DNA of 54,447 nt, counting the filler, from Thelocarpon superellum (Eukaryota), in NCBI GenBank assembly GCA_026025795.1. It is 2 parts of 2 records of this genome, joined end to end, with 100 filler letters (N's around TTAATTAATTAA, not from the genome) between each part and the next. Parts side by side here need not be neighbours in the genome. Positions count along the whole stretch, not along the records: positions 1 to 27,206 come from JAPEUG010000249.1; positions 27,307 to 54,447 come from JAPEUG010000250.1. One strand, 5' to 3'. A model generated the notes under the pieces. The model made no database searches, had not been told where the DNA came from, and saw only the letters and a program-made list of their open reading frames with translations. Below, in pieces: positions 25,186 to 36,027 of this stretch (positions within the stretch are counted from its first letter, which is position 1; every line of letters starts with the position of its first letter). A program made the translations under genes and the position numbers.

Positions 25186-25875
25186 CGTAAGGAATATCCA
25201 AGCTATGTCTGTCTCAGACCACCGCGATCCGAATTGCTGCCTCGAGTCTGGGATCCAAAGTCGTGGTCGTCCTCCAGCGTATCTGATCAACTCAGTTGTA
25301 ACGGCACAGGGGCAGAAATGCAGACATTGCTCCCGGTGAGACCAGAGTCGGCATGACGCAGGTCTGGCTGGAGACGGCATCCAGCAGACGATCGAGACGA
25401 AGCCCTGATCGTGTACTGAGGTAATAAAAAGGCGTCATGACGTCGCTTACTGCGGAAGAATGCCGTGAAGGATTTGATGCAAATGCGGTCTTTGCCGTTG
25501 ACCTACGAGACATAGACGAGCCAGTGATTCGATCGAGCGGCACTCTGTCGCTGCGACGTCCGTGAATAAGAGAGTGCGGAAGTCGACGAGGGAAAAGAAA
25601 TTGGACGGACTGGATCAGTGGACGAGTACACCGAGGTGGCCGGAATCTTCATCAAGGTGGATGGCGAGAAACAGATGACCGGGGTGGCCTTTCTCGTGAC
25701 AGGACCATCACGACGTAAAAATGCCATGTACGAGTCGTTCGAATGTCTCAGTACGAAGACTCCGCACTCATCCGACTAATGCACGTCCATCACCTGCAGC
25801 AGTCATACGCTGCCGATCATCCCCATCATTCTGCAACGATCACAAGCACATCCTCTACACGGGCCCACCTCAGGA

Positions 25876-26179
25876 ATGCCCTTCCGGAGATTCTTCCCCA
25901 CCCGTCTGCAACATAATATCTCGGTGTGCCCACGGACGTCTTCTCCCCGGCTGCAAAGGCCAAACAAGATCAGACCCGGCCGGTCCCCCCTCGTCTCTCG
26001 CCGTGCCTACGCAGGCCGGCCCAGCCAATCGCCGCTGAAAGTGTGGCCGTTTGTGCTGATTTTCGTCTCGGGCTCGCTGAGCTACGCGTACATGGTGAAA
26101 GCCCGGACGGGTACGTGTTTGACCCGCGGCCCGCCCAACATGAAGATGCTGAGACGCCGTAGATACCACCCCCAAGTGA
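25876..26179 (+). CDS. Upstream exon or small ORF with mitochondrial-presequence-like N-terminus and one TM (83 aa if intron 26111-26162 is used; may instead be exon 1 of the UMP-CMP kinase)
   Basis: MPFRRFFPTRLQ... is Arg-rich and acid-free, then LKVWPFVLIFVSGSLSYAYMVKART, followed by donor GTACGT at 26111. Confidence 0.55.
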
Positions 26180-26268
26180 TCCGTGATCCGTGATCCGTGA
26201 TCCGTGCGACCCGTGATTCGAGCAAATCACCCCCACCAGAGGCATACATAGACCATACACCTCTCACC

Positions 26269-26964
26269 ATGTCACCCGCAACACAGCAGCCATCTGCAGG
26301 CAAAAAGGAAGGCTCCGGGCCGACCTTCTCGCCGACCAACGTGACGGTGATCTTTGTGCTCGGCGGCCCCGGAGCAGGCAAAGGGACGCAATGCGAGCGC
26401 CTCGTCTCCGAATTCGGCTTCCGGCACCTCTCAGCGGGCGACCTCTTACGAGCGGAACAAGAGCGGCCGGGATCACAGTACGGCGACCTGATCCGGGACT
26501 ACATCAAAGAAGGCACGATCGTGCCGATGGAAGTGACGGTCGCGCTGCTCGAAAACGCCATGAAGGACGCGGTGAAGGAGAAGACGCACGACGGGGACGG
26601 GGACGGGGACGGGGACGGGGCCGGGGCCGGAAAGGGCCGGTTCCTGATCGACGGCTTCCCGCGCAAGATGGACCAAGCGGAGCGGTTCGAGGCCGTCGTG
26701 TGTCCGTCGCGCTTCGTCCTGTTCTTCGACTGTCCCGAGGACGTGATGCAGAAACGCCTCCTGCATCGTGGCGAGACCTCCGGTCGCGCAGACGATAATC
26801 TCGAGAGCATCAGCAAGCGATTTCGTACCTTCGTCGACACCTCGATGCCTGTCGTCGAGTATTTCGAGAAACAGGGCAAGGTCGTCAAGGTCGACGCCAC
26901 GCCCGACCCTGATCACGTCTATGCCGTCACTAGTCGCTTGGTCCACGAGCGATTGTCGTCGTAA
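26269..26964 (+). CDS. URA6: UMP-CMP (uridylate) kinase
   Basis: VIFVLGGPGAGKGTQC P-loop, HLSAGDLLRAE, IVPMEVTVALL, FLIDGFPRKMDQA, RGETSGRADDN. Confidence 0.95.
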   Translation: MSPATQQPSAGKKEGSGPTFSPTNVTVIFVLGGPGAGKGTQCERLVSEFGFRHLSAGDLLRAEQERPGSQYGDLIRDYIKEGTIVPMEVTVALLENAMKDAVKEKTHDGDGDGDGDGAGAGKGRFLIDGFPRKMDQAERFEAVVCPSRFVLFFDCPEDVMQKRLLHRGETSGRADDNLESISKRFRTFVDTSMPVVEYFEKQGKVVKVDATPDPDHVYAVTSRLVHERLSS

Positions 26965-27071
26965 CTTGGTCTTACTACCGCTGCGAGGAACGAGCGTGCA
27001 ACCAAAGCCGGTCAGTACGTAGATTCCTCCATCTATCTACTTTTCCAACCTTCAACCATTCAATCAATCGA

Positions 27072-27206
27072 TCAGTCCGTCAGTCCGTCAGTCCGTCAGT
27101 CCGTCAGTCCGTCAGTCCGTCAGTCCGTCAGTCCGTCAGTCCGTCAGTCCGTCAGTCCGTCAGTCCGTCAGTCCGTCAGTCCGTCAGTCCGTCAGTCCGT
27201 CAGTCC
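27072..27206. repeat. Perfect 8-mer tandem repeat (CAGTCCGT)n, about 17 copies, running into the gap
   Basis: Directly visible; truncated by Ns. Confidence 0.95.
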
Positions 27207-27306
27207 NNNNNNNNNNNNNNNNNNNNNNNNNNNNNNNNNNNNNNNNNNNNTTAATTAATTAANNNNNNNNNNNNNNNNNNNNNNNNNNNNNNNNNNNNNN
27301 NNNNNN
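27207..27306. other. Artificial scaffold spacer N44-TTAATTAATTAA-N44
   Basis: Exactly 100 nt, symmetric, centred on a palindromic six-frame-stop linker. Confidence 0.97.
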
Positions 27307-27410
27307 TCTTGAAGCATCTCATCGTAGACATTGGCATTGGGAATCGAGTCGTCTCCGCCGGCGCCGGCTCTCCGCCGCTTGCTCCTCGAAGAAGCCGCTC
27401 TGCCCGCCAT
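27307..27410 (-). CDS. 5' fragment of a gene cut by the gap; possibly a Rad4/XPC-like N-terminus
   Basis: cATGG start, MAGRAASSRSKRRRAGAGGDDSIPNANVYDEMLQ.. open to the gap; resembles the 'PDVYQEML' N-terminal motif I recall from filamentous-fungal Rad4 homologs. Confidence 0.4.
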
Positions 27411-27719
27411 GACCAAGAATGCCACATCGTCTGCGATGATGTGGAAGAAGAGTGGGAGGTCGACCCGGATTACTTTGCGTGTTATCACGCCTCGCTAGCC
27501 TCGCTACTCTCGTGACTCTATTCACTTTCTCCATGGGACTGATAACATTCATCGAGGGACGGTGAAGTCATTCACAACGCAAACCAACTCATCTGATCAC
27601 GTGACCTCGCGACAGAGCTACTCACGTCGCGTCCCGGTCGCGAGAGCCGGCGGTCACTTCGAGATGCTGACGCAACATCAATTCATGATGTCAGTACATA
27701 AGTCCCCTTGTCTGCCTGG

Positions 27720-28997
27720 ATGAGGCCAACAGGGTTATCTTCTTTCTCTCCCGCAATGGACGGAGGTCATCGCCAATCTGGAAGTTCCGCGATCCGACGG
27801 AGGTCGCGCTGGTCGCTTCCGCTCCTCGACCGCACCCAACAACAGACCTTGACGCAGATCGACTTTGTCTCGGTGTATACACCACACGCTGACGTGGACC
27901 TCGACTTCATGGAGGCCGACGAGCCACCAACTAGAAAGCGGAGGCGTTTGAGCCCAGACAACTCACCACCGCAAGGATTGGACCTGGGCCGGACTGGACG
28001 CATGGGCGCGCCAACTGCTCGATCTCAACCGGTCAAACGAGAGCCTCCTTCCACGCCACCCCGGGCGGTGAAGTTTGAGATCCCCTCGTCTCAGTCACCA
28101 CGGGAGAGTGTGTCACCGACCCAAAGGGAATCGCCTTCGAGGAACACTGCCTCGGTCTTGACGGACATTTCCACCAACATCCGACGCGGCTTTACGTCTG
28201 GACCTACGACGGGAAGGTCGGACGGGGGGAGCTGCTTGAAAGGGATTGTTCTCCCTATGAAGAGGGAAGAAGGCCAGTCCGGTGTTCAGCCACGGCACCA
28301 AGTCAGAAAACGGAAAGATCCAGGCCTTCCGAACCTGGTCATTGCAGACTCCGAAGACGAGTCGGAAGATGACGATGAGGACGACGGAGACGGAGACGTG
28401 GACGAGCACCTCGGCAATGGACACCCGACAGTCTCGGCCGACCCCAAGATCGACCCCGACACACAAACTCCACGATGGCCTCACATCAGCCTCAACGAAG
28501 CCATAGAAGGAGAAGTCCCATCGAGCATGACGGAATCCGAACAAGCGTCGTGGCAGCTTGACGGTGACATGCATCGATTCACGCAGCACCAACACGTGCA
28601 CCCGGAAGACTCGGGCTCGTCTTCTTTCGAACACGAACACGAATATACGACGCTTGACATGGCCTCAGCACCAGCACTGCGCCCGTCCCAGATCTCAACA
28701 CAGGGTACGGCACCGAGCAGTGTCCTCCACGAGAGCGGGCTCTCCTCGCCACATACTCACAGTGGCATATCCTCCTCATCACACACCCACAGCGACCCAT
28801 CCTTCTCCCCCCACACCAACGCTCAGAGGAACGACACCTGTACCAGGACGCCAGTGAAACGAACCAGCTTGCCGAGCAGAGACATCCCCTCCCCGATCAA
28901 CGAGAGCCAGCTTCTTCCCGAGAGCTTGCTGGATAGTCTGTTGCCCTTGCCGCCTTGTCTGACGCAAGACACGGAGGATGGTGATGACGCGTTGTGA
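27720..28997 (+). CDS. Hypothetical disordered, probably nuclear protein (about 425 aa)
   Basis: Long ORF with QQTLTQIDFV, RKRRR NLS-like motif, EIPSSQSP, VIADSEDE, ESQLLPESLL; divergent from the truncated gene. Confidence 0.65.
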   Translation: MRPTGLSSFSPAMDGGHRQSGSSAIRRRSRWSLPLLDRTQQQTLTQIDFVSVYTPHADVDLDFMEADEPPTRKRRRLSPDNSPPQGLDLGRTGRMGAPTARSQPVKREPPSTPPRAVKFEIPSSQSPRESVSPTQRESPSRNTASVLTDISTNIRRGFTSGPTTGRSDGGSCLKGIVLPMKREEGQSGVQPRHQVRKRKDPGLPNLVIADSEDESEDDDEDDGDGDVDEHLGNGHPTVSADPKIDPDTQTPRWPHISLNEAIEGEVPSSMTESEQASWQLDGDMHRFTQHQHVHPEDSGSSSFEHEHEYTTLDMASAPALRPSQISTQGTAPSSVLHESGLSSPHTHSGISSSSHTHSDPSFSPHTNAQRNDTCTRTPVKRTSLPSRDIPSPINESQLLPESLLDSLLPLPPCLTQDTEDGDDAL

Positions 28998-29018
28998 GAA
29001 ATGCATAAAGTTACCTCA

Positions 29019-30788
29019 TCAACCGAAGAGTCGTAACCCGCCCACGTCATCGTCATCATCCTCTTGTTCCCTCTCTCCCCCGTGCTTCTCCCTCTCTCCG
29101 TCGACCTCGTCCTCCATGTCGTCATCCTCATCCAACGTGCCCCGACGACCAAACAAGCCACCAAACAGCTCGTCCACTTGTCTCTGCGCCCAGGACGAGC
29201 GATCCTCGGGCGCCATAAAATTCTGCAACTTCTCATGCACCACGTATCGCAATTTGCGGCCCTTGCTCGCCTTAACATCCACGTTGCGTCGATGCGTTTT
29301 CGCTTCGTGTGACGCTGTCGCTAGGTTTGCTATCGTCGATATGGGGTGATCACTGGTATCGGCGTTGGTGTTGAATGTGGCGAGAGGGGTCCTGGATGGG
29401 TGACCGGTAGACGCAGACGCAAGAGAGGCATCCGCCATACGCTGCTCCACTAGCTCCTTGAGCAGGAGCTGGTAGAAATCCGCGTCGTCGAAGATCTTCT
29501 CGCGCTCTTCCTTACCCTTGGCTTTCGCCGTGGCTTGGTGTGGGGCGCAGGATCGTGGCATTTGAGTCCGCACAAGGAGTCGTTCCACGTTGCTTCCTGA
29601 CAGGTGCCCGTCTAGCACGTCGGTGAGGTTTTGCTGGCGCGCGGTGTTGTTGAGCCGTTGTGCCGTGCTGAGCGTCGGTGCCACCCGTGCTTTGGACGCC
29701 CATTTCTCGAGCGTGCTGCGGCGGACAGGGAGGGCGGCGTTATGGAGGCCCTGCATTTCGGTCCACAGTGTAGAAAGCGGCGTGGAGGAGATAAGTGAAG
29801 ACGAGGGGCGTATCCGCTTGGTGGCCGTTGAGGGGTTGAGCGTTGCTCGGAGATTCGTGACTTGGTGCCACAGATGAAGGGCTGCTTCTTCGGCGACCGC
29901 GTAGGCCGCGTCGTTCGCATCGGAGGGGTGGCTCGACACCTCCGTCATGGTATTCGTGGCAATGAGAGCCTTTTGGAGACGGATGCGAGTGTTGAGAAGT
30001 GCGTCGTACGTTTGTCGTTGACGCTTGACTGCCCGGCCTTTTGCGGCGTCTGCTTTCGTGGCTTGTGAGATGGTGGCTAGCACGGACTTTTGAGACTCGC
30101 TCATCATCTTGCGCAGCGCCGTACGGTCGATGATGTCGCCGGGAGGCCGAGGGGTGTCATCGTCATCCGATTCGTCGTCGTCATCATCGTCCCCGTCGCC
30201 GTCGGACTCGCCCTCGTCGCTTCGACGGTCATCTTCGTCCGATGTGCTGCCGGAAATCCCATTAAAGTTATCCTCCACATCCAGCACCTCGTCTTCTGTC
30301 TCTTTCCCTTCCGTAAGGCCGGTAGACGAGGCATTGATCGGATCGACCTCGTCCTCTTCTCCCTGAGAACTCCCAGACTCGTCATCCACGTTCCCGCGCA
30401 GGGCAAAAGGGTCATCACCACTGTCATCTTCAACCGCATCCCGACTAATCCTTGAGCCAGAGTATTGTGGGCCTAGCGGAACTTCTTCCACTCTTCGCAA
30501 CTGACTCTTCCTGCACACGATCAGTCCTGATCACTGCTCTAGAGCTCATGACGCTCACCCGACATCCACGTAGTGCTCCCGCCCGCTAGTTCCCTCTATG
30601 GTCCCAGCATCTCCATCAGAAACGGACGGATCATCGTCGCTCTCTGACGCTTCCACTTGGTCTTCTGGGTCCAACTCTAGAAATCAAAAGTGAGCATACT
30701 TCGCTGTAGGGTGCAGCCGTGCCATACCTCGTGGGGCGGGATCATCCAAATCCGCAATTTGCTCGGCCAACGTCTTGATTTTCTTCAT
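29019..30788 (-). CDS. BFR2: Bfr2/AATF SSU-processome protein; introns about 30677-30727 and 30511-30558
   Basis: MKKIKTLAEQIADLDDPAP, GREHYVDVG|KSQLR, KGRAVKRQ..LLNTRIRLQKAL, IFDDADFYQLLLKELV, VDVKASKGRKLRYVVHEKLQNFMAP. Confidence 0.93.
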
Positions 30789-31011
30789 TTTGACAAGCTC
30801 GACCACGTCTCATGACGGGCATGTGGCTCATGGGAGAGCTTTGCACTGGACGCTCTCTTGTCAACTTGTCGGAGAAGATTCGTGGGGAGACTTTCTGGCC
30901 GAATCTAATCTTATCTCGATCTGACGTCCACTACGCGAATCAATCCGATGATATTCGTACTACGAGTGTTGGAGCCAGGTTGCTGGGGCTGGTCATGGAC
31001 GAGGCACAGTA

Positions 31012-32182
31012 ATGAAGCCACGATTCTTTTCCACCTTGCGCTCTCTTCGTCATGAAAACCCATTGGTAAGGCCCATCAGTTGCATTTTGCATTTCTTACC
31101 AAACACCTAAATCCATCTAGGGATTACCGCGGTCTGGCGCGCCACCGCAGCTACCGCGTATGCAACGCGGCCTGCCCCAGAGACGACATATCCCCAATGT
31201 ACGAAAGATCATAGCCGTGTCGTCAGCCAAGGGAGGGGTGGGGAAATCAACCATCGCAGGTGTCTTCTTCACCGCACACTCGTCTTTCGTCCATACAACG
31301 ATTGACGACCCATAGTCAATCTAGCGCTCGCGTTTGCGCGTCAAGGTCATCGAAGCGGCATTCTGGACACGGATATCTTTGGGCCGTCTATTCCGACCTT
31401 GCTAAACTTATCCAGCGAACCAAGGCTCTCGTCGAGTATGCCGCACCTGTTTCCTGGTGGGAAGTGACCCAAACCTAACGCTGCCCTAGACAATCAGCTC
31501 CTACCCCTGTCCAATTATGGCATCCAGTCCATGTCCATGGGATACTTGGTGGATGAACGGGCCCCGGTAGTCTGGCGGGGCTTGATGGTGATGAAGGCCT
31601 TACAACAGCTCTTACATGAAGTCGACTGGGCCGCTTTGGACGTGCTGGTCTTGGATCTACCGCCTGGCACGGGCGATACCCAGTTGACCATCACGCAACA
31701 GATCAAGCTTGACGGTACGTCTAGACCTTGTCGACCAGTTACAACCTCCGTACACCGCTGACTGATCGCCAAGGCGCCGTGATTGTCTCCACTCCCCAAG
31801 ACATCGCGCTTCGAGATGCGGTCAAGGGGATTGTCATGTTCCAAAAGACCGAAGTGCCGGTAAGATCTACAAGTAGCATCATGAACATTCCGACTCACGC
31901 TGCTGACAGATCCTGGGCATGGTTCAAAACATGTCCATCTTTACCTGTCCGCATTGCTCTCAAAGTACTCATATCTTTGGCGCTGAAGGCGTGGCGCGTG
32001 AATGCCTCAGCCATGGCGTGGACTTCCTTGGTGACATCCCATTACATGCAAGCATCTGCAGCGATGCGGACCGCGGTGTGCCTACCGTGGTCTCAGAGCC
32101 AGGTAGTGTGAGGGCCAAGGCGTTCATGGACATAGCGGAGACGCTGAGTCACAAAATTGGGCTGGGCGGAGGCGGAGAGTAG
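31012..32182 (+). CDS. IND1: Mitochondrial Mrp/NBP35-family Fe-S assembly ATPase (Ind1/NUBPL); five introns
   Basis: [74 protein letters not shown]. Confidence 0.93.
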
Positions 32183-32312
32183 CTTCTTGCTCCCAGGGGG
32201 CGTGAGATCTCCAAGGAACCTGGACGCGCTTCTTGCACCATGCCGAGACACCAATGCGTGCTCTCCGCACATTCATCAAGAGGCAAGCGGAGGATCAGGG
32301 ATTCGGGGAGGA

Positions 32313-33542
32313 TTAGAAGACCGTGGCACCGCCTTACATGTCGCCACACGTCAGCGGTCATGTTCCTGCTCAGGCGTGGAGCCAGCTCACCGTCCACGAC
32401 GAGATCCGCGCCGTTAATGTAGCTCCCGGCGTCGCTACACAAGAGCACGATGGGCCCGGTGATCTCGCTCGGGGCGCCCATTCGGCCCATGGGATTCCGC
32501 TCGGCCCAGGTCCTCCGTGCTGCTTCCAATCCCGGACCCTCGTTGAGCACCGTATCCATGTAGCCCGGACTGATGCTGTTGACGCGGATACCAAAGTGCG
32601 CCCATTCGGCCGCGAGAGAGCTCTTGAGGGACAGGATGGCCGCTTTCGAGGCATTGTACGCCGCCTGAGGCTGGGGGAAGTTGACGCGGTGGGCCGAGAT
32701 GGAAGCGGTCAGCACGATGCTCCCACCCGTGTTCTGCACTACCATCCGTCTATTCTACCAGTCAGCCTCTGCGGTGTGCAGGATGGGGGCAGAGTAGTTA
32801 GTGGGGCAAGGGAAGGTGCATCCCCAGATATCACATCTTACTTGGCGACAGCTTGAGCGACCAGGAAGCTCCCCGTCGTGTTGACGTCAAGGAGACGGCG
32901 CCACTTCTCCGGCGTCATGTTAAGAGCATGCGTACAACCCACGACGCCGGCAAAACAGACGAGCATGTCAAGAGAATCAAAGGTATCCACGGCGTCTCGG
33001 ATGGCCGAATCGACAGCTTCCGCATCACACACATCAAGCTCGACAGCAAAGAGCAGTACGTCGGGGAATTCGCGCCGAAGTGGATCCAGCTTCTCCTTCT
33101 CGCGGCTCATGTCGGTGTCAATCAGAAAGACGCCGGTGCAGCCATGTTCCAGTAGAGCGCGGATGGACTCCAGCCCGAGAGCTCCCAGTCCTCCGGTCAC
33201 TGCGGAATCGGTGGATCCAACATTAGCCGTGCACCCACACGGGTCATCCAAATAGTAGGTACGGAATGATGATGGGGATGCTGCCGTTATAGTGGCATAT
33301 GGCGTACCGACAGCGTTGCCTTCGACCATGAATCTCGCCACCGCTCGACCCTCTGGGGTCAGGTAGTGGGGCAAGGGGGCAGGGGGGCCTGTCGCAGAGC
33401 CAGCAGTCCCGTCGGAGAGCGTCATCTGTGGGAGGACACGGCTCGTGAGCGCTTCTTCGCCGGAAGTGGCCGGCGCCGACGCCGGCTCGAACAAGGAGGC
33501 AGACGCGGTGTCCTCCATGTTGTCTACCATGTTGTCCGCCAT
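32313..33542 (-). CDS. Short-chain dehydrogenase/reductase (D-arabinitol 2-dehydrogenase/sorbose reductase-like); introns 33200-33307, 32750-32841, about 32333-32390
   Basis: VTGGLGALG, FAGVV, ASISAHRVNFPQPQAAYNASKAA (YxxxK), GIRVNSISPGYMDT, YINGADLVVD|GGATVF. Confidence 0.9.
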
Positions 33543-33846
33543 GGCTGTGAATGACGAGGAAGATGGCAGAGTAACACTCCTAGCAAGCGTGGTGACGGCC
33601 AAGATGAGCCATGGTTGGAAGCGTTCACTGCACGGGGATGTCACTGTTCTCCTTCGATCACGAGGTTCACAGGATTTCAAATATACGCTTATTGCCTGGG
33701 ACAGACGGTCGTCTACACAACAGTGACATACACAAATCAATTCCAGATCGCCGCCGGCAACGCCTCCCCACGCAGGAGAGACACCGCTCATACCTAGACC
33801 CGACCCAATCCGACCTGATCTGACGCTTCGCACCCTCGTCCCATCG

Positions 33847-36027
33847 CTAGGCCTGGGGCATCTTCTTTTGCTTCGCGAGCCGCGCCAGCATGATATCGGC
33901 ATCTTCCTGGTCAAAGTAGAGCCCCGTCTCGGAGCATTTGGCTTTCTTCCGCATGTCCGAGCACAGACTGTCAATGTCAATCTCAAACTCGCCGCACCGC
34001 ACCTTCTGATCGCCCGATTTCATCATGTCCCTGCAAACGAAGCGGTCAGCAACACCGTCCACGGAACACGGACGCGTTGAGATGTGGCAGGATTACGAAC
34101 CATGCTTTGTTGATTGCCGTCACTGGGGACTGCAGAGGCTCGTGCGCGGACTTGTCCTGAGCCTTCCGCTCTCGTTCTTGGGCCTTGTCCGCCGCGTTGA
34201 CCGGGATCGCGTTGGCGTTAGGCGAGAAGTTGGCCAAGAGAGTATCGCTGAACGGCGCGCTGAGATCCGGCAAGGGGAAGGCCTCGTTGAAGTAGCTGTC
34301 GTATTCACCCGAGGTGATGGCGTCTTGCGGTTCCCGATAGTCGCCAAAGAGCACGGGGTCAAATTGCCCGCCATTCTGTTGGGCCAGCCAGTCGATGCCG
34401 TTCAGATCACTGCCGGGCGTGGACAAGGTAGCGCTCGAGAGCACGCTGTTTTCCGACGTGTTCCGCGAATTGGCGTCTCGTGGATTGCCCCCGTCGGTGA
34501 GGTTTGGTACCCACGGATTGCTCGTGAAAGTCTCCGCACTATGGGAGTGCTCCTCGCTGATTGTGCCAAGCAATTGATCTGGTAGCTTGCCCGTCACGGG
34601 GGAGCAGTTGCTCGGCTCCGGTGACGTCCCACACGATGAACCTGAGCCCTTGTGGGAGACGGAAGACGCGGATGGGGACGTGGTAGAGGAGGCATTGGAA
34701 CCGGCGTGATATTGCGAACTGGCCGTGTTGCTGTTCAGGCTGCCGCTCCCATTCTGAGGGCTCTGCCCAGTCCGAGGGGATGTGGTGGTCGGAGCGGATG
34801 CAAAGGGGAATTCGGCAGACGAGGACTTGGTCACGGTCTGAAGGATGGAGGGGCTAAACAGGCCCGATAGACTCTCCGCGGTACTAAGATTGGCTGGAGA
34901 CTCGCCCGCATTGTAGTCGCTGCCCTTGGGGCTTTCCAGGTCCCCCACACTGCCACGGCTCACGCCGTTGGTGCCAGTGGCAGCGGCAGTGGAAGGGGAC
35001 ACGGCGGCCTGGCGGTCATCTCGCTGGGCCAAGGACCCGTTGTTGAAGATGTGCGAGCCTGGCAGATTTCCGAATCGGGGAAAGTCGAATTGGAATGCGC
35101 TGTCGGGATTGACGCCTTGACTTTGCCGGTTTAAGAACGTGGTGAGCGCATTATTTGGGGGAGAGCGGTTGAGGTTCGCCGGGCCCGTGGCCGAGAGCCG
35201 TTTCCGGTAGTCTTTGAGCTCATTGTTCAGCCGTTCTACTTGGGCTCGCAGCAATCCATTCTCTTGATTTGCCGACTCCGATGCCTTCTCGAGGTCTGAC
35301 ACCTTCATCTCGAGATCTTTGAGATGTTTCTCTTTGCGGTCTCGGAAGGCTCGTTGAGCCGCTCGGTTCTGCGCCTTTCGTTTCTGTTGTACACGTGGTT
35401 AGTACACCACGTCGCCAATCATGGCATGGCACTTGGACGCACCGAGGTGGGTTCCGACGTCAAGGGTTTGCGGCCGGGCTTCTTGGCCGTCTTGTCATCA
35501 CCCTCTCTCCGCTTTCCACCACCTCCATTGCCGTCCTCGGTTGCTTTATCATCATCAGGACTCTTCCGCTTGTCGTTGGTTTCATTGGTTTCGGCGTCAT
35601 TGTCGCCATCGGTGCCTCCCCCGGCGGACGACGAGGGCCCCGGCAGATTTCCAATCATCTGGCCGTCTTGGATGGTGCTGTCATCGACATCGAACGACCC
35701 ATCGATGTCAAAGTCGAGGTCGTAGTCGAGGGCCGGACTATCCTCCGGACCAATTCCTTCCAGATAAGGGAGCCCCATGTTTTCCGATGGCGGAGATTGA
35801 AAGAGCCCCGACGATTCCATTGACGTCGATGGATTCTGGGCGGATTGAGGGAGTTGGCGTGGAGTGGTTCCCAAGGCGGGACGTTGGCCCGCGTTGGAGG
35901 ACCCAGGCAATGTAGTGGCTGTGTTTGGATTGTTAGACGAGAGCGCGGCGAGCAGGAGTTCTTGTTGGTCAGCCGAGAGGTAAAGATCGGGCAGGGCAGA
36001 AGTGGAGTCGTCGGAGAAAGTGGCCAT
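33847..36027 (-). CDS. YAP1: AP-1-like bZIP oxidative-stress transcription factor (Yap1/Pap1/NapA); introns about 35383-35438 and 34031-34099
   Basis: LSADQQELLLAALSSN, KKPGRKPLTSEPTS|KRKAQNRAAQRAFRDRKEKHL bZIP, SSCGTSPEP, IDWLAQQNGGQFDPVLFGDYREPQ, IDIDSLCSDMRKKAKCSE. Confidence 0.93.

Noticed and set aside
26590..26630. (GGGGAC)n in URA6 and (GTGGCC)n near 45600 as functional elements
   Set aside because: In-frame hexamer slippage giving DG and AT dipeptide runs in loop or disordered regions.
27072..27206. (CAGTCCGT)n as a CRISPR array or variant telomere
   Set aside because: No spacers and a eukaryotic context. It grades out of CAAT/CGAT microsatellite-like sequence, and the strand running to the contig end is not G-rich. 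A simple repeat that broke the assembly.
27251..27262. TTAATTAATTAA as a biological palindrome or transposon target site
   Set aside because: Centred between two equal N runs; a synthetic six-frame-stop linker.
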